NCBI RefSeq assembly: GCF_000143415.4
Contig: NW_003314419.1
Location: 13,969-77,968 of the forward strand
Source of the DNA: Selaginella moellendorffii
Lineage: Eukaryota > Plantae > Lycopodiophyta
Direction of reading: 5' to 3'
DNA length: 64,000 nucleotides
Shown here: in pieces, positions 1 through 12,570 of the stretch
Position numbering within the stretch: the first letter of the stretch is position 1
How the letters are laid out: each line of letters opens with the position of its first letter
Program-made: the position numbers and the translations under genes
The notes under the pieces: model-generated
What the model was told of the DNA's origin: nothing
The model's input: only the letters and a program-made list of their open reading frames with translations
Database searches by the model: none

Positions 1-3000
1 TTCAGCTTCATATATATATAAATTGTATAAAGAATCTTACAATCTATTGTGTTGCAAAGAACTATTATGCATTATTTAGATTTTGTGACTTTATATTTTC
101 TTAATATATCTAGAACCATTCTCCATTGCTGGCTTATGAGGTTTAATATAAATGTGGTAGCAAGCTAGATAGATTTATGTATATATGTTTTATAATGTAA
201 AACCAGACATATAATAGAAATTTTATTATTCTTTTGTAAATTATGAATGTTAGAGGCATAACTCAATATGCAATTAAAGTTATAATTTCTCCAAACTAAA
301 CTGTTATTTTTTGGTAATCTATGATTCTTTGGTTTTGTGCAAACTCAATTGCTTTTAAAGCATGGCAGAAATTTGTATACGTGTTTAGGGTTGTGCACCT
401 TTTTATAAAGGCAATAAAAACATCAAATTCAAATTTAATAATGATAAAAAATGATCTTAATTCCCCAACACACATTATTATCTATTTATATTATTGTACA
501 TTTCTCTGGATATGAATACTAAAAAATTTTAGATAAATTTAACTTTATATATAATAAAATTTTCTAATATTTTAAAATTAGAAAAGAAGAATTATTTATC
601 TTGGTTATGTTATATCTCCCAGCGGAGCTGGAGTTTGTGCTAGTAAGATATCTCATACACATACAAATATAAAATATATATCTTAATAATATCTCAAAAA
701 TTAGTAAAGTTTTAGTTTTCTTGCACAGAATCTTATTTAAATCTACAAGCAGCTTTACATGAGGTTTATCTTTTGTCTCAATATTGATACAATGATTTAT
801 TTTCTACAGTTAAAACATATGGTTTTTATACTTCTTGTGATCTTGCTCTAGATTTTACTGCATTTGAATTATCTCAATCCCTATCAAAACATAAGGAAAA
901 TATCTTCTTAATTCAAAATGATAAATTTAGTATTTCAAAGAAAAAAGTTAATGGTTTCTAAATAGAGAAAAATTATATGTCACAGTTGAGATAAATACAA
1001 TTCTGCTAGGAAATATAGAAATAATATTTTAAAATTTATTTATTATATGTATTTTATAAAATAAAAATATTAATAAACTTATAATACAGAACGAATATTA
1101 CCAATGGATCAAGAGTGTGTAAGACATTTGTAACTAATATTATAAAAGATAACTACTATGAAATTTAAATGATGAGAAGGCTAAATACTTGAGAAGATAA
1201 AACATAGAATAAAATAATAACATTATCCCAATTAAATATATAGATTCTTAGGAATAAAGTTGAAAATAATAAACTATGCTTCATTAGGATTATAATCAGG
1301 TGATATCATGCTAGAAGTTCTGATTATAAAAGCTTTAAAAAGTTTGAAACTTGCATTAATTTTATTCAAGATTATCTCTACCCAATGGATTTTAAATCAT
1401 ATAAAACAAAGAATTTAGAAAATTTGAGTTCAAATATAAACTTAAAAAAATCCAAAAATAGCTATTATTTAAAGGAGAACATGATTATTAAAGAAACAAA
1501 TTATAAAAATATTAGCTTCTAAATATTAATTCTATTATATTTTTGTTTATAGTAATATATTTAATATACTATAATAACATTATCAATTCTGAGAGTGATG
1601 AAAATTAGTGACTGAAGTCTTAGCTATGCTGCTAGCATCATGGTTATTCCTGATGTTTTAGAAATTTCAAAGAATTGTAATAATAATTGTAATTTTTAAC
1701 ATAATCATAATGATAAAATACGTAGTTAAATAATATAATATTTATATTAAAAATCCCTTCTACAATTGATTCTATCACCTACACACATGAGATCATACTA
1801 AATATAACTCATAACATTATATCACATTTAAAATTCTGATTGTTGAGTGAAGTCTTTGATCTTCTATAAATGGAATTCCTTACTATGGAATCCCATGGCC
1901 AGATGAGTCATTTAGAGCTTGAGGTTTGGTAAATATTATTTTCTTTTGTTTGATAACTTTATAAATGATATAAAAATATTATCACTTGATGATTCATTCA
2001 ACACTACAAATTTCCCACTTAATAAAGTGTTATTTTAATTACACTAAAATATAATAATGTTAAAACATATAGATTTAGAACTCACTTAAACTTCATACAT
2101 CTTATTAATTTAAAAGATATAGACATTGTTATGGAGTTTACTACTTATTAAATTTAAAATATTATATTAGATATTGTTCACATCATTTCTGTATATGTTT
2201 ATATATTGAGAAAATTCTTATATAAATAAAGATAATTATCTCTATGCTTCATGTAATTTTATTTAAATTTATTTCATTATAACAATGTTATTGAGGCTAA
2301 ATGTTTTCAGTAAAAGTTAAGGTTTTACTCTTATATTAGGGTATTGATGATGTGTAATATTTTTTCCTTGGAATGACATTCTTTTAGATTGTAGCCTTTT
2401 GTATTGTGTCTAATGTTGTCTCAATCATATTTTTACCTGTATCTCTTTATATTTATTTATATGTTTTCTTTGTTTAAATCTTAGACTATATCTGAGCTAA
2501 CTGAAAACTCAATTTGATTAGATTCATTGATGAGTGTGTAATAAATATCATGAGATTATTGATTAAATTAAAAAAATTCATAAGATAAAGTACCTGCAGC
2601 CATTCAACTCTTATATTTTAAATTATGAGATATATCATTTTCTATAGTTATTACTTTATTTAGTTATTTAAATTTTTAGTATATTTTCTATTGTGTCTAC
2701 TATATATGATCTTTGTACAAACAAATAATGTGAAATTTTTCTATTTTTAAATTTTTATAATAATAAACTTTTTAGATTTAAAACTCACTTAAACTATATA
2801 CATCTTATAAATTTAAAAAATATGAACATTGTTATGGAGTTTATTATTTATTAAAATTAAAATAAAAATATTATATTATTAACATTATTTCTGTATATGT
2901 TTTTATATAGAGAAAATACTGATATAAATTATCTCTATGCTTTGTGTAATTTTATTTAAATGTTATCAGTAAAAGCTAAGGTTTTACTCTGATATTAGTG

Positions 3001-5000
3001 TATTGATGATGGATAATCTTTTCTCCTTGAAATGACATTTTTTTTAGATTGTAGCCTTTTGTATTGTGTGTAATGTTGTCTCAATCAGATTTTTACCTGT
3101 ATGTCATTATATTTATTTATATGTTTTCTTTGTTTAAATCTTAGACTATATCTGAGCTAACCAATAACTCAATCTAATTAGATTTTTTGAAGTGTGTGTA
3201 CTAAATATCATAAGATTATCGATAAAACTAAAGCTAATATATAAGATAAAATAGCTACCCCCATTCAACTCTTATATTTTAAGTTTGAAATATATCATTT
3301 TCTATAGTTACTACTTTATTTACTTTTTCAGTTTTAGTATATTTTCTGTTGTGTCTACTATATATGATCTTTGTACAACAAAATTATGTACTAATGTACT
3401 ATCGAATCATTCAAATACTTTTTGTTCTATTAAGGTTTCATTCTATAGATCAAAGAGTATGCTGAAATATCTGCTAGGAGATATAGCATGCCAAAGATAA
3501 ATAGATCTTCTTTTGTAATTTTACAATGTTAGAAATTTTGATTGTAAACAAGGTCCAATTTATCTTAATTTTACTACTCATCTACAAAGAAATGGACAAT
3601 AATGCAATTAGATAATAATGCAAGTGTTGGGGAAGATAAGATCATTATTTAATCATCATTTTATTTTTTTTTAAATTCAAAAATAAACATAAATAAATCT
3701 ATCTAGATATTCACACTACATTAAATGTGTTTAAAAAGAGGTATATCTGAAACCAATTATTATATTAGAGAGATAATCTTTGCATTAAGACAAACCTGTA
3801 ATAATGCTTTCAGATAAAACTATGGATTCCAATTTTAAAATAAATTAATATTAAATGTTTGAAAACTACTTACTGTTCAGCAAATATATGAAGGTGAACA
3901 TGATTACAAATTAACTTATTATCAAAATAATAATAATTTGAATATAAACATGAATCTAGCACAATACTGTGTAAAAATTAATTTTATTTCTTGTGAATAT
4001 GATAAATTAATTAATGTCATTAAAAATTTATTTATTTATTTATTTATAAATAAATATTAATTATTAAGCTTATTATTTGTCAGTAAAGAGTAACTATGGC
4101 ATTTTTATTCTCAATACTTCTTCATTTTAATTTATAAAAATTACATTGTTGATACTTATATATTATTATTATTAATATATTATTATTATCTTACTTGTTG
4201 TTCTTACTTATATATTAAGTACTTGTATCTTACTTATTGTTCTTACTGGTTTATAATGACACCTATGATGCGGTACACATTCTACATAATGAGTTTGTCT
4301 CTTTGCCTCGTTTGATAATTTCTGTTTTTAATAATTTAATTTTAAGTTTATATTTAAACTGAAATTTTCTAAATTTTTAGCTTTATATGATTTAAAATTT
4401 ATTAAAAACTTGCAATAGTTTTATTCAAGATTGTCTCTAGCCAATGGGCTAGAGATAATCTTGAATAAAATTATTGCAAGTTTCAAACTTTATTAAAGCT
4501 TTTGAAGTCATAACTTCCATAAAATTTTATAATTATAACTTCTAGCATGATATCACTTAATTATGATCCTGATGAAGCATAGTTTATTATATTAAACTTT
4601 ATTCCTAGCAATCTATACTTTTTTAATTGGGAGTTTTTTTACTACTTCGTAATCTGAATCTCTTTTCATGAGAAGTTCATTTAGACCACTCTTTTTAACA
4701 TTTTGAATTCTTGTTTCTATAAAATTTTCTTCTTATTCTATATTGTTTCTTCTCAAGTATTTTGTCTTTTCATCATTTAAATTTGATAGTAGTTATCTTT
4801 TATATTATAAGTTACAAATGTCTTACACACTCTAATCTATTGGTAAATTAAGTTCTGTATTATAGGTGTATTAGTATTATATATTTTTTAAGATATTATT
4901 AAGAACTGGATTTGATATTTGTATGTGTATAAGATAGCTTATACCTATTTCTCTATTGTGATGAGGTTTAATATAAATGTGGCAGCAATTAGGACAAAAT
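1..5000. repeat. AT-rich modular repeat DNA (Helitron-derived)
   Basis: ~2060-2720 is duplicated at ~2770-3390. ~1100-1390 recurs inverted at ~4450-4880. The same modules recur at ~24080-24490, ~44870-45800 and ~54620-57450. Confidence 0.75.
616..643 (+). mobile_element. Helitron 3' terminus (hairpin + CTAG)
   Basis: CCAGCGGAGCTGG hairpin then GCTAG|T; same motif as the end of the RepHel-bearing Helitron at 39467. Confidence 0.8.
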
Positions 5001-5528
5001 TTACTTAGTGGGTTTTGTGCAGAGCTCAGATAGTGAATCATCTACTTAGTGGGTTAATAGTAGATTTACGAGATTTGTCAGCAGGTACATCATCTGTCGT
5101 CATGTTTTCTGATTTCAATCATTCTTTAGTTTTGAATGCAACCGAGGTAGAGCTCCATTTCTGAGAGTTATGACACAACATTTAAGAACTTAGCTACAAA
5201 TGTAGATTTCCACACAAGGGTCACCAACTTGTCGCTGCTTCCGTCACTGCATGATGCTTGTGATTTTCTTGCTCAAGCTGGTCATGAGAAAAAACAAGAG
5301 CTGTAAAAGGCACAGCTTAGAATCAAAGCTGTAAGTCTCAGTAGCAACCAGTAGTAGTAACAAGGTAAGGGCTGATATTTCTAAGAAAGTTTCTGGTTTA
5401 CCTTTCTTGTGTTCAATGATTCTTTTGATCATTTTTTTGTTTCTTTTTCTTTTTCTTGGTGTCTGGTGCCTCACTTATGTTTTGTAGCCTTTTAAATGCT
5501 ATACAACACCAATCTAGTCTCCTACTAA

Positions 5529-5550
5529 GCTCTATTTCGTTAAAGTGGGA
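5529..5550 (+). repeat. Left terminal inverted repeat (22 bp)
   Basis: Perfect reverse complement of 17246-17267. Confidence 0.95.
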
Positions 5551-6205
5551 ATTGTCATTATCCCACTTGTAAAATAAGGTTTCCAAACCTTTATATAGTA
5601 TATAAATATAACAAAATTCAACTGCATTGAGGCACATGCCATTTTATTTTAAACAAGGAAATATCTACTCAATCACTTCTCCTCCCCCTGCCACTGCTTC
5701 ACCTCTCTCTTCTCCTTGTCATTGTCGTCCAATTTCTTTCCATCCTTTTAATATTGGCTCAGTTGCTCCAAGTCTAGGTGGAGCCCAAGTCCCCATTCAA
5801 TCTTTACTTTCCCCTTATTAATAAAACAATTTCGTAGACTTCCAATAACATGCTGTAACACTTCTAGTATAATGCAAATCCTCTCAAAGAATTGTCTTTT
5901 AATATTAATACAATGGCATGGAACCCCATGCCATAATAAGTTACATTTTTAAATAAATACATGCCATCTCAGACTGTTATTTTTTGCCTCCAACGCCTAT
6001 ACAATAATCTTGGAATTTCATCACTCTCCACACTATCAGGATTTAAACCCAATAGTAATGCCATCTCTTCTCTAATACATCCACGCTCATGTTCAGTGGT
6101 CGAAGAACCCATCCGGTTGAGTAGATTATGGAGATGCGGATAGTGCTTGGCTAGACAATATACATGCCATAAATGATGACTGGTGTCTGTCCGATCAAAT
6201 GGCTT

Positions 6206-6831
6206 CTAATATACCGTTCCATCTGCCATTTGGTTGATTTCTGCAGCCACCTCCTGGACTGCCCGGTTCTCTATCACCATCGCTCCAAGCCGTTCTGCAA
6301 GGTCCCCCAGAACATATGGTTTCTTCTCCCTAGTTTCCATACTGCAAGAGATGGGGTGCACTGCATATGTGTGCATGTTCGCTGCAGTTTTAATCGGCGA
6401 GTCATCGATGATGAGGATTTCACTTGACCTAGCAGTCCGGTTCATCACTACAGCCTCTGGCTTGACGAAGATGGGCTTGCTACCCCTCACATGGACCATA
6501 GTCAAGCAATCCTCCTGCGTTAGGAGAAAGTCAAATGGTAATATTACTCGCGTTTGATCGTGCATCATCTGTAGCAACGTTAATGCATTGTGGCGCATCA
6601 TGGATGTCCAAACTCCCAATTGCAAATTGAACCCGGCCCTCTGTTTTAAGTGTTGCATGGTCATTATTAGATCCCGTAGTTTCTCCCGTGTGATTAATGT
6701 GAATCTGTCTCTTTTGACCAACTTGCGACCGCAGGCTTTGGAGGGTGCAGTGACATTCGAGGACGAGCCACGCTCATGGGAGAAAAGGACACTGTTCAGA
6801 TCAAAAACGATATAGTACCTTCGCCGTGACT
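6206..6831 (-). CDS. FCP1/NIF-family HAD phosphatase domain (last exon of cargo gene)
   Basis: YYIVFDLNSVLF (motif I, DLN variant), GVWTSM, FLLTQEDC, KPIFVKP, ILIIDDSPIK. Confidence 0.8.
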
Positions 6832-8740
6832 CTGAAATGAAATGCGTCAGCATAAAAAATGGTACAAGTCAATTTTACCAACTACAATATTAGCGAATGG
6901 TGCTCCCGATGGTCGTTTAGAGGGTTTTGGTCGAGGAAACGTGAAGGGCGAAAATACTCTCCTCTGCAATGTGGGGTCAATCGCATCCGATGGCGTGTGG
7001 GCACATGCCATTTCAGCTGTAGACTTTGGTACAACTGGCTCAACAGTGGCATGGGGTGGTTCCGATGGCGTGTGATCACACGCCATTTCAGCTGGTGCCT
7101 CCGTTGGCAAAGTGGACATGACCGAACAGGCAGCAGGGGCGGTGTAGGGAGGTTCCAACGGCACGTAGTCAGACGATTGGGCACACGTTGAGTCCGTTGG
7201 AAATGAGGGTACGACCGGCTCGGCGGTTGGGGCGGCCTCATGCGGGTCCAATGGCACCTGGTCACCGTCAGTTGGATACGTGGACAAGATTGACTCAGTG
7301 GTATGGGCAGCATCAAGTGGAGCGTGGTCAGCTTGCTTGGCGTTGATATGGATAGTAGCCTCCACCAGCTCTGATGACTCTTGTAGACAAGTAGAGTCCA
7401 CTGGCGGATCCATATGCATGTCCAAATATCTCCCTTCGATTGAGATGGTATCCTCCCTACTGGCTACTAAAAACAAACTCATTAGCACATTGAATCGACT
7501 ATACTGTATTTACCATCAACTGCTATTGAGGAACTAGGACCGATATCACTTGGGCGCATTGCTGATTCTGAAGGATTGGACATACGTTTCGACCCTTGCT
7601 TGGCACTATCCTTCCTCGACACTAAAGGCTAGAGTTTGTATCTTAATTCAACTGAATAATCTCTACTTACCATTTGCTTTGCGACCTACATGGACAATGT
7701 TAGAAATGGTAAAAGGTTAGGAATGGATGTACTATTATTTACCTGATGGTTTGTTTTGTATGACCTTCCTCTGCTGCTCTTTGGCCACCTCAGGCTGGCC
7801 ATCGTCGTCATCATCGTCGTCGTCGTTATTGTGATCGTCACCATTGTGAGGACCATCCAAGTCCTCTTCGTCCTCCTCTTCTTCGTCCTCCTCTTCTTTG
7901 TCCTCCTCTTCGTCCTTCTGCTCTTCCTGCTCATTATCTTTCTCTGGCTCCTCATCCCCCTCCTGCATTTTTTCCATAGGCTGCTTAGGCTGGATGGCTT
8001 GTTCTTCCAGGACCATCTTGGGAAAATCATCTGGCCGAGTCTCCATCTCAAAATACAAGACATCCATAACCTGTTTTAGTGCGTGACCTAGGACCGTATC
8101 CTCACCCGACTGTCTTAACATGGTTTCTGCACGTTCTTGCACCCTTCGAAGACGACGAGATGAGAAAAACGTGGCCCTGACTTGAAAAGCATCCCTCATC
8201 CATTGTACCTCTCCATTGAGATTGGGGAAGGGGAGTCCGCCATAGGAATCTGAGTCAGGAGGTGGTGACCGCGAGGCATTACCTATCATCTTTTCGTTGC
8301 CCTTCTTCCTTTTCGAATCAAACGCCTCTGATCCCGACGATTGTCCAACGTGCTTTCGCTTTTTATGACCACTATCAGTTTGAGCTTGGCTGGTGCTTGC
8401 CTGTTTTGCCTTTGAAGAAGTGTCTCCTGCAAGGAATGGCATGAGACCACACGCCATTGCAAATATAATTTGTACCTCCTTTTTTCCTATTGCTTGTCTG
8501 TTTGTCCTTCTTCGACGCGCCATCAGTGCGCTTTTCAGTCCTCGTGTCTGAATATTCACAACGATCTATAATCAAAATGGCGTGAGGCCTCACGTGACCT
8601 TACCTTGTGCAGGTTGTGAGCTCGGCCCAACATGGGTATCTTCAACAGTAGTTGTTAACGCCGTTTCAGCATCTGGGGGTGGCCACACTCCTGCATACAG
8701 AGCTTGTGAGATAACATTTAAACTTAAAGTGCGTACTCAC

Positions 8741-9450
8741 CAGGTTCACAGAGAAGATACTGTTTTTCTTTGGCAACTGTAATTATATGCTTCATTGAAG
8801 TCACCTCTTTAATGGAGTTTGTCACCGCAACACACGGGACACCCTTGAGTAGTGCGGCTCGAAAGAATAGTCCGCCGCAGTTGTACTCGACAACGCATTT
8901 GCCCTTGGAGTTGGAAGCAGGTGCTATTGCGTTGAAGACCCAGCTGAGCATTTCCCATGCTGCACCTGGAGCTTTCTCTGGATTCGAAAGCTCCATAGCC
9001 GTCTTCAGTTCCTCAGGCACGGGTAAATTGACCTCCCTCAGATCAATTCGATCGGCCTTGTCGAACGAAGCTGGGAAGTCACTCCAGTCCCACTCTGCTG
9101 CAGGACCAATAACAAGGGCGAGTGTGAAGATGCGGACATTCGTCGGTATCTTCTTCTTAGCCATTATCCCATGGATCTCCTGCATCTCCTTGCCTTTCAA
9201 CCAAGCCTTCACCTCGTTCAAGGCCTTCTAGAACTTGTGATAGGATTCGGAGTCGTAGATCATATAGTGGACTGAAGATTCCACCTCCGCAAGTCCCACC
9301 ATTAAGTCAATGATGGAGCTGACTTCGTCTGCATGAGTGATCTCCTCGTTTGTGAAGTCCATCACACAAAAGATGTTCTTGACCTGCTCATCTCCGCGGG
9401 AAACGATGCTCCTCCACCTTTGATCCTCATCCGAATTCACGTATACCCAG
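8741..9450 (-). CDS. Degenerate beta-class N6/N4 DNA methyltransferase-like domain of cargo protein
   Basis: NPEKAP...WEMLSWVFNAIAP..KGKCVVEYNCGGLFFRAALLKGVPCVAV parallels HPTQKP..LL..LI...GD.VLDPF.GSGT...AA...GR..IG. NIFCVMDFT sits upstream where DPPY would be. Confidence 0.45.
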
Positions 9451-10112
9451 TAAGGTTCTCGATAGGCCTCTGCTGCGGGGTCGAGCTGTTTCTGAAGCCG
9501 GCGGTCGACATCCCTCTTAATGAAATTTGGATATTGATCCAACTTCTCAGCTTTACTTTTCGTGGCATCCCGCAGTAGATCGATGAACTTGGGGGCCCCC
9601 TTCACGTAGTCGTCGATGTCTTCATTTGACAACTCCAGCTCTTCCATCATCTCTTGCGTGGTGTCGATGCTCACCCTCTCCACGGCCACTTGCTCGAAGA
9701 TCCAATCCTTCAATAGCGCACGAGCTCTCAGAGTCGTGCACAAGTCCTCGTATGTCACAATATGGCCGGGAGTCATTTTGGTCTTGTTGAAGACTACCTC
9801 ACCACGTAGAAGAGCATTAGCCACTGTCAGAAGGTCGTCGTCGTCTAGAGACCGCGAGAAACGCAAGGCGTTGAGCTTCAAATCATTAGGCTTCCGGCCG
9901 TCCTCCACACCCATTGAGTTTAGCAACTCCCCGTCATGGTACCTCCTCAGCACATCTACCCATTTGTCAAAAATAACTTTTGTCGCGAGTACAATGTTAT
10001 GGATGCTGAGTGTGTCATTGACCCCCAGTGTTTTCGAGAGAAGACTCGAGAATTCCTGCAATGGAAATGGCGTGAGGCCACATGGTATGCCACATGCAAC
10101 GAGGCTTACCTG

Positions 10113-10640
10113 TCAGGCGCTAGTTGCTAGTGCACGTCCTTGTCCTGGTTTTTGTGGCTTATTCAGTTGAACCCAGAGCTTTCGTGTTCGTGCCAATGTC
10201 TCGTGCAGACCCGATTTGTAGCACGTTTCTTGCTTGACATTCTGCACGTGGGAGATGTATATGATAGATCGGAGGGGCGAGTTGCCTTTTATCAGGCGGA
10301 CAACTCTTGTCTTGAAGACTTTCTTCACCTCCTCACCCACCATAATATCCACAACTATCTCTTGCATCGCCAAGCTAGAATGCTGCCCGAAGACGGCATA
10401 GAACCGGATGTTCTGATCGTCCAACACCTTCCTATTGATCAAGTCTGGAAACCTCGTCTCGCCCTTCATTGTTTGGTAGTAGGGGATCACGTCTGCGATG
10501 TCGAGTGTTACTGGACTTGCCAGCATCTTCTGCTTCAGTTTCTCCACCCACTCATCAGATACTAGCCTGTGGTTGTATTTGCTTTGGATGTCGATACGGC
10601 TCACGTCGATTGTATATACTTTGTTGGAATAGTAACAAGT
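10113..10640 (-). CDS. ParB/Srx-like N-terminal domain of cargo protein
   Basis: IDVSRIDIQSKYNHRLVSDEWVEKLKQKM...FYAVFGQHSSLAM...ISHVQN follows the ParB-fold pattern, with GQH in place of GxHR. Confidence 0.6.
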   Translation of the reverse strand, partial: TCYYSNKVYTIDVSRIDIQSKYNHRLVSDEWVEKLKQKMLASPVTLDIADVIPYYQTMKGETRFPDLINRKVLDDQNIRFYAVFGQHSSLAMQEIVVDIMVGEEVKKVFKTRVVRLIKGNSPLRSIIYISHVQNVKQETCYKSGLHETLARTRKLWVQLNKPQKPGQGRALATSA

Positions 10641-11874
10641 ACTATTATCTGCGACGATTTTTGCTGCTTCTTCTTGCTCTTTCTGCTCTTTGTGGCTCTT
10701 CTTTTTGGTGGGTGTAGTGTTCGAACCCGAGGCAATGGCATCACCGAGTAGCTTCTTTTTTGGAGCAGCAAAGTCGGACGTCGGCTTGAGCTTGACCACC
10801 CTTTTCTGCTTCGGGGTAGTTTCCAGATCGACCCCCTTCCCCTTCGCTTCGCGAACTGGAGGCACTCTCAACGGCGTGGGGCCGCATGGAGGCACTCTCA
10901 ATGGCGTGGGGCCGCATGCCATTTTCAGGGTCACATAGGAGTATATTCCTAGGATATTCTAACATGCGTGAGATTTTTTTGAGTTTTCTGGAGATCCAAC
11001 CGTTAGATCGCAACTAGATTTTACAGAATGGTATACAATGTCTTTCTTGATGACCCTGTGGCAAATGTTGCGTGAAGAAACATGTGGCAAATGCTGCGTG
11101 AAGAAAGATGCCCTTTCTGGGCATATGCTGTAAGAGGCAGATGCCGAGCAGATGTATCTCAGGCTAGCGAAGGGGACAAACGAAAGCTAGCTATAAACAT
11201 GACGGGATGCAAATAGATTACTAGGCTGGTCCTGCGAAAATCAAAAACCATAATTGAAAACATTGAAAATGCAAAAAGAAAGGTTTATAATATTTTTGAA
11301 TTTTAAGCAACCAAAGGAATGCAAGTAGGGCATGTGTTTGTAAGTTTAAAAATGCCTCAACCACTTAAATTCCCAAGTAAATAAAGCTATTTCTATTTTT
11401 GGTACAGGTAAACTTTATAGCGTGTGGGCTCATGCAATTTTGAACCCAAAAATGCACCAAAAAATGCTCGACTAGCATTATTCTTTGAATGGCGTGTGGC
11501 CTTATATTGCCATAAATGGACGTACACACACAGCATAATTATTCCTTTACACGGCGAATAATCTTGGCGCGGATCGCTGACATGGCATGGCAAAGTTCGA
11601 ATCACTGACATGGCACAGCTGGATTGAGGCAAGGACATGATGTGACAAAGTTCAACCTCCGACAGCAAAGTCTAGAAGCTACTCAGTTTGAAATTTGTCA
11701 GAGGAGTCATAAGATCTGGTTTGTCAGAGGATTTGATGACGTTCAAGCGTGTGTTATTTTTGAATTCTTGAACTCATTCCTAGGTCTATCATTTTTGTGC
11801 GCCGTGTTCTTGGTTCCGCTGAGCGCAGTGAGCGCTGCTTGTGTAAGCGGCGTTGTGAGCTGTGGTTTATGCGT

Positions 11875-12010
11875 CTACGAGCGGTTGCAGCATTGCGAGC
11901 GCCATTGCGAGCGGCAGTTTATGCGAGTGGCAGTTTGTGCGAGCGGCGCTACGAGCAGTTGCGGTGTTGCGAGCGGCGCTACGAGTAGTTGCGGTGTTGC
12001 GAGCGGCACT
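11875..12010 (+). repeat. GC-rich GCGAGCGG-core tandem repeats (30-bp unit) in the intergenic region between the divergent genes
   Basis: gcgagcggcgctacgagYagttgcggtgtt x2 plus partial and degenerate units. Confidence 0.8.
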
Positions 12011-12570
12011 GTCTTTGGTGTGGCTACTGCTTCCTCTTGATATTCGGCACTTGTGCTTCCTGGTATGTTCACCATGGAATGGCTTAGGACCACATTTAGA
12101 AATGGCATGAGGCCACATGCCATCTTGGGCCCTTGCAATTTCATGGCTAGCGTATTGTCATGTATGTTTTTACTTGCCTGCAGCTGTGTGTATATCAAGA
12201 TGGCATGAGGCCTCATGCCATCTTTGGCCCCTGCTAGCCTATTGCCATATTCCTTTTGAACTGTATATATTTTTGTATGGGTGACTAGTCACGCAGACGA
12301 AAGTATTTACAGGTGCAGCGAGGCAAAAGGAATATAGCAAGAGGGTAGCAGGGGCCAAAGATAGCGTGAGGCCTCATGCCATTAGTGGTACCACTAATGG
12401 CATGAGGGCTCATGCCAATTTTGTGAATGCGAAATTTCACGTGGGTGTCAATAGCATGTTTGAATAATAGCATGTGGCCTCATGCTATTGAGGTTGTTTG
12501 GTATGTTATGATTTAGGCCATTCTCCAATCATTTTTTGTATGGTCTTAACTTCTTTTCTGCACTTTCAGA

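Larger units (their letters stand above)
5969..10922 (-). pseudogene. Transposon cargo gene, 9 exons, ~1520 codons: ParB-like + degenerate DNA MTase-like + acidic linker + FCP1/NIF HAD phosphatase; 3 in-frame stops
   Basis: GT-AG introns at 10056-10109, 8691-8740, 8566-8603, 8427-8475, 7686-7742, 7622-7670, 7467-7513 and 6832-6878 join seven listed ORFs and three small exons into one frame (4563 nt by my count). Internal stops at 10113, 9228 and 6206. Confidence 0.8.

Noticed and set aside
6206-10934. Bacterial or phage operon, or contamination
   Set aside because: The ORFs are joined by GT-AG introns and lie within TIRs embedded in plant repeats.
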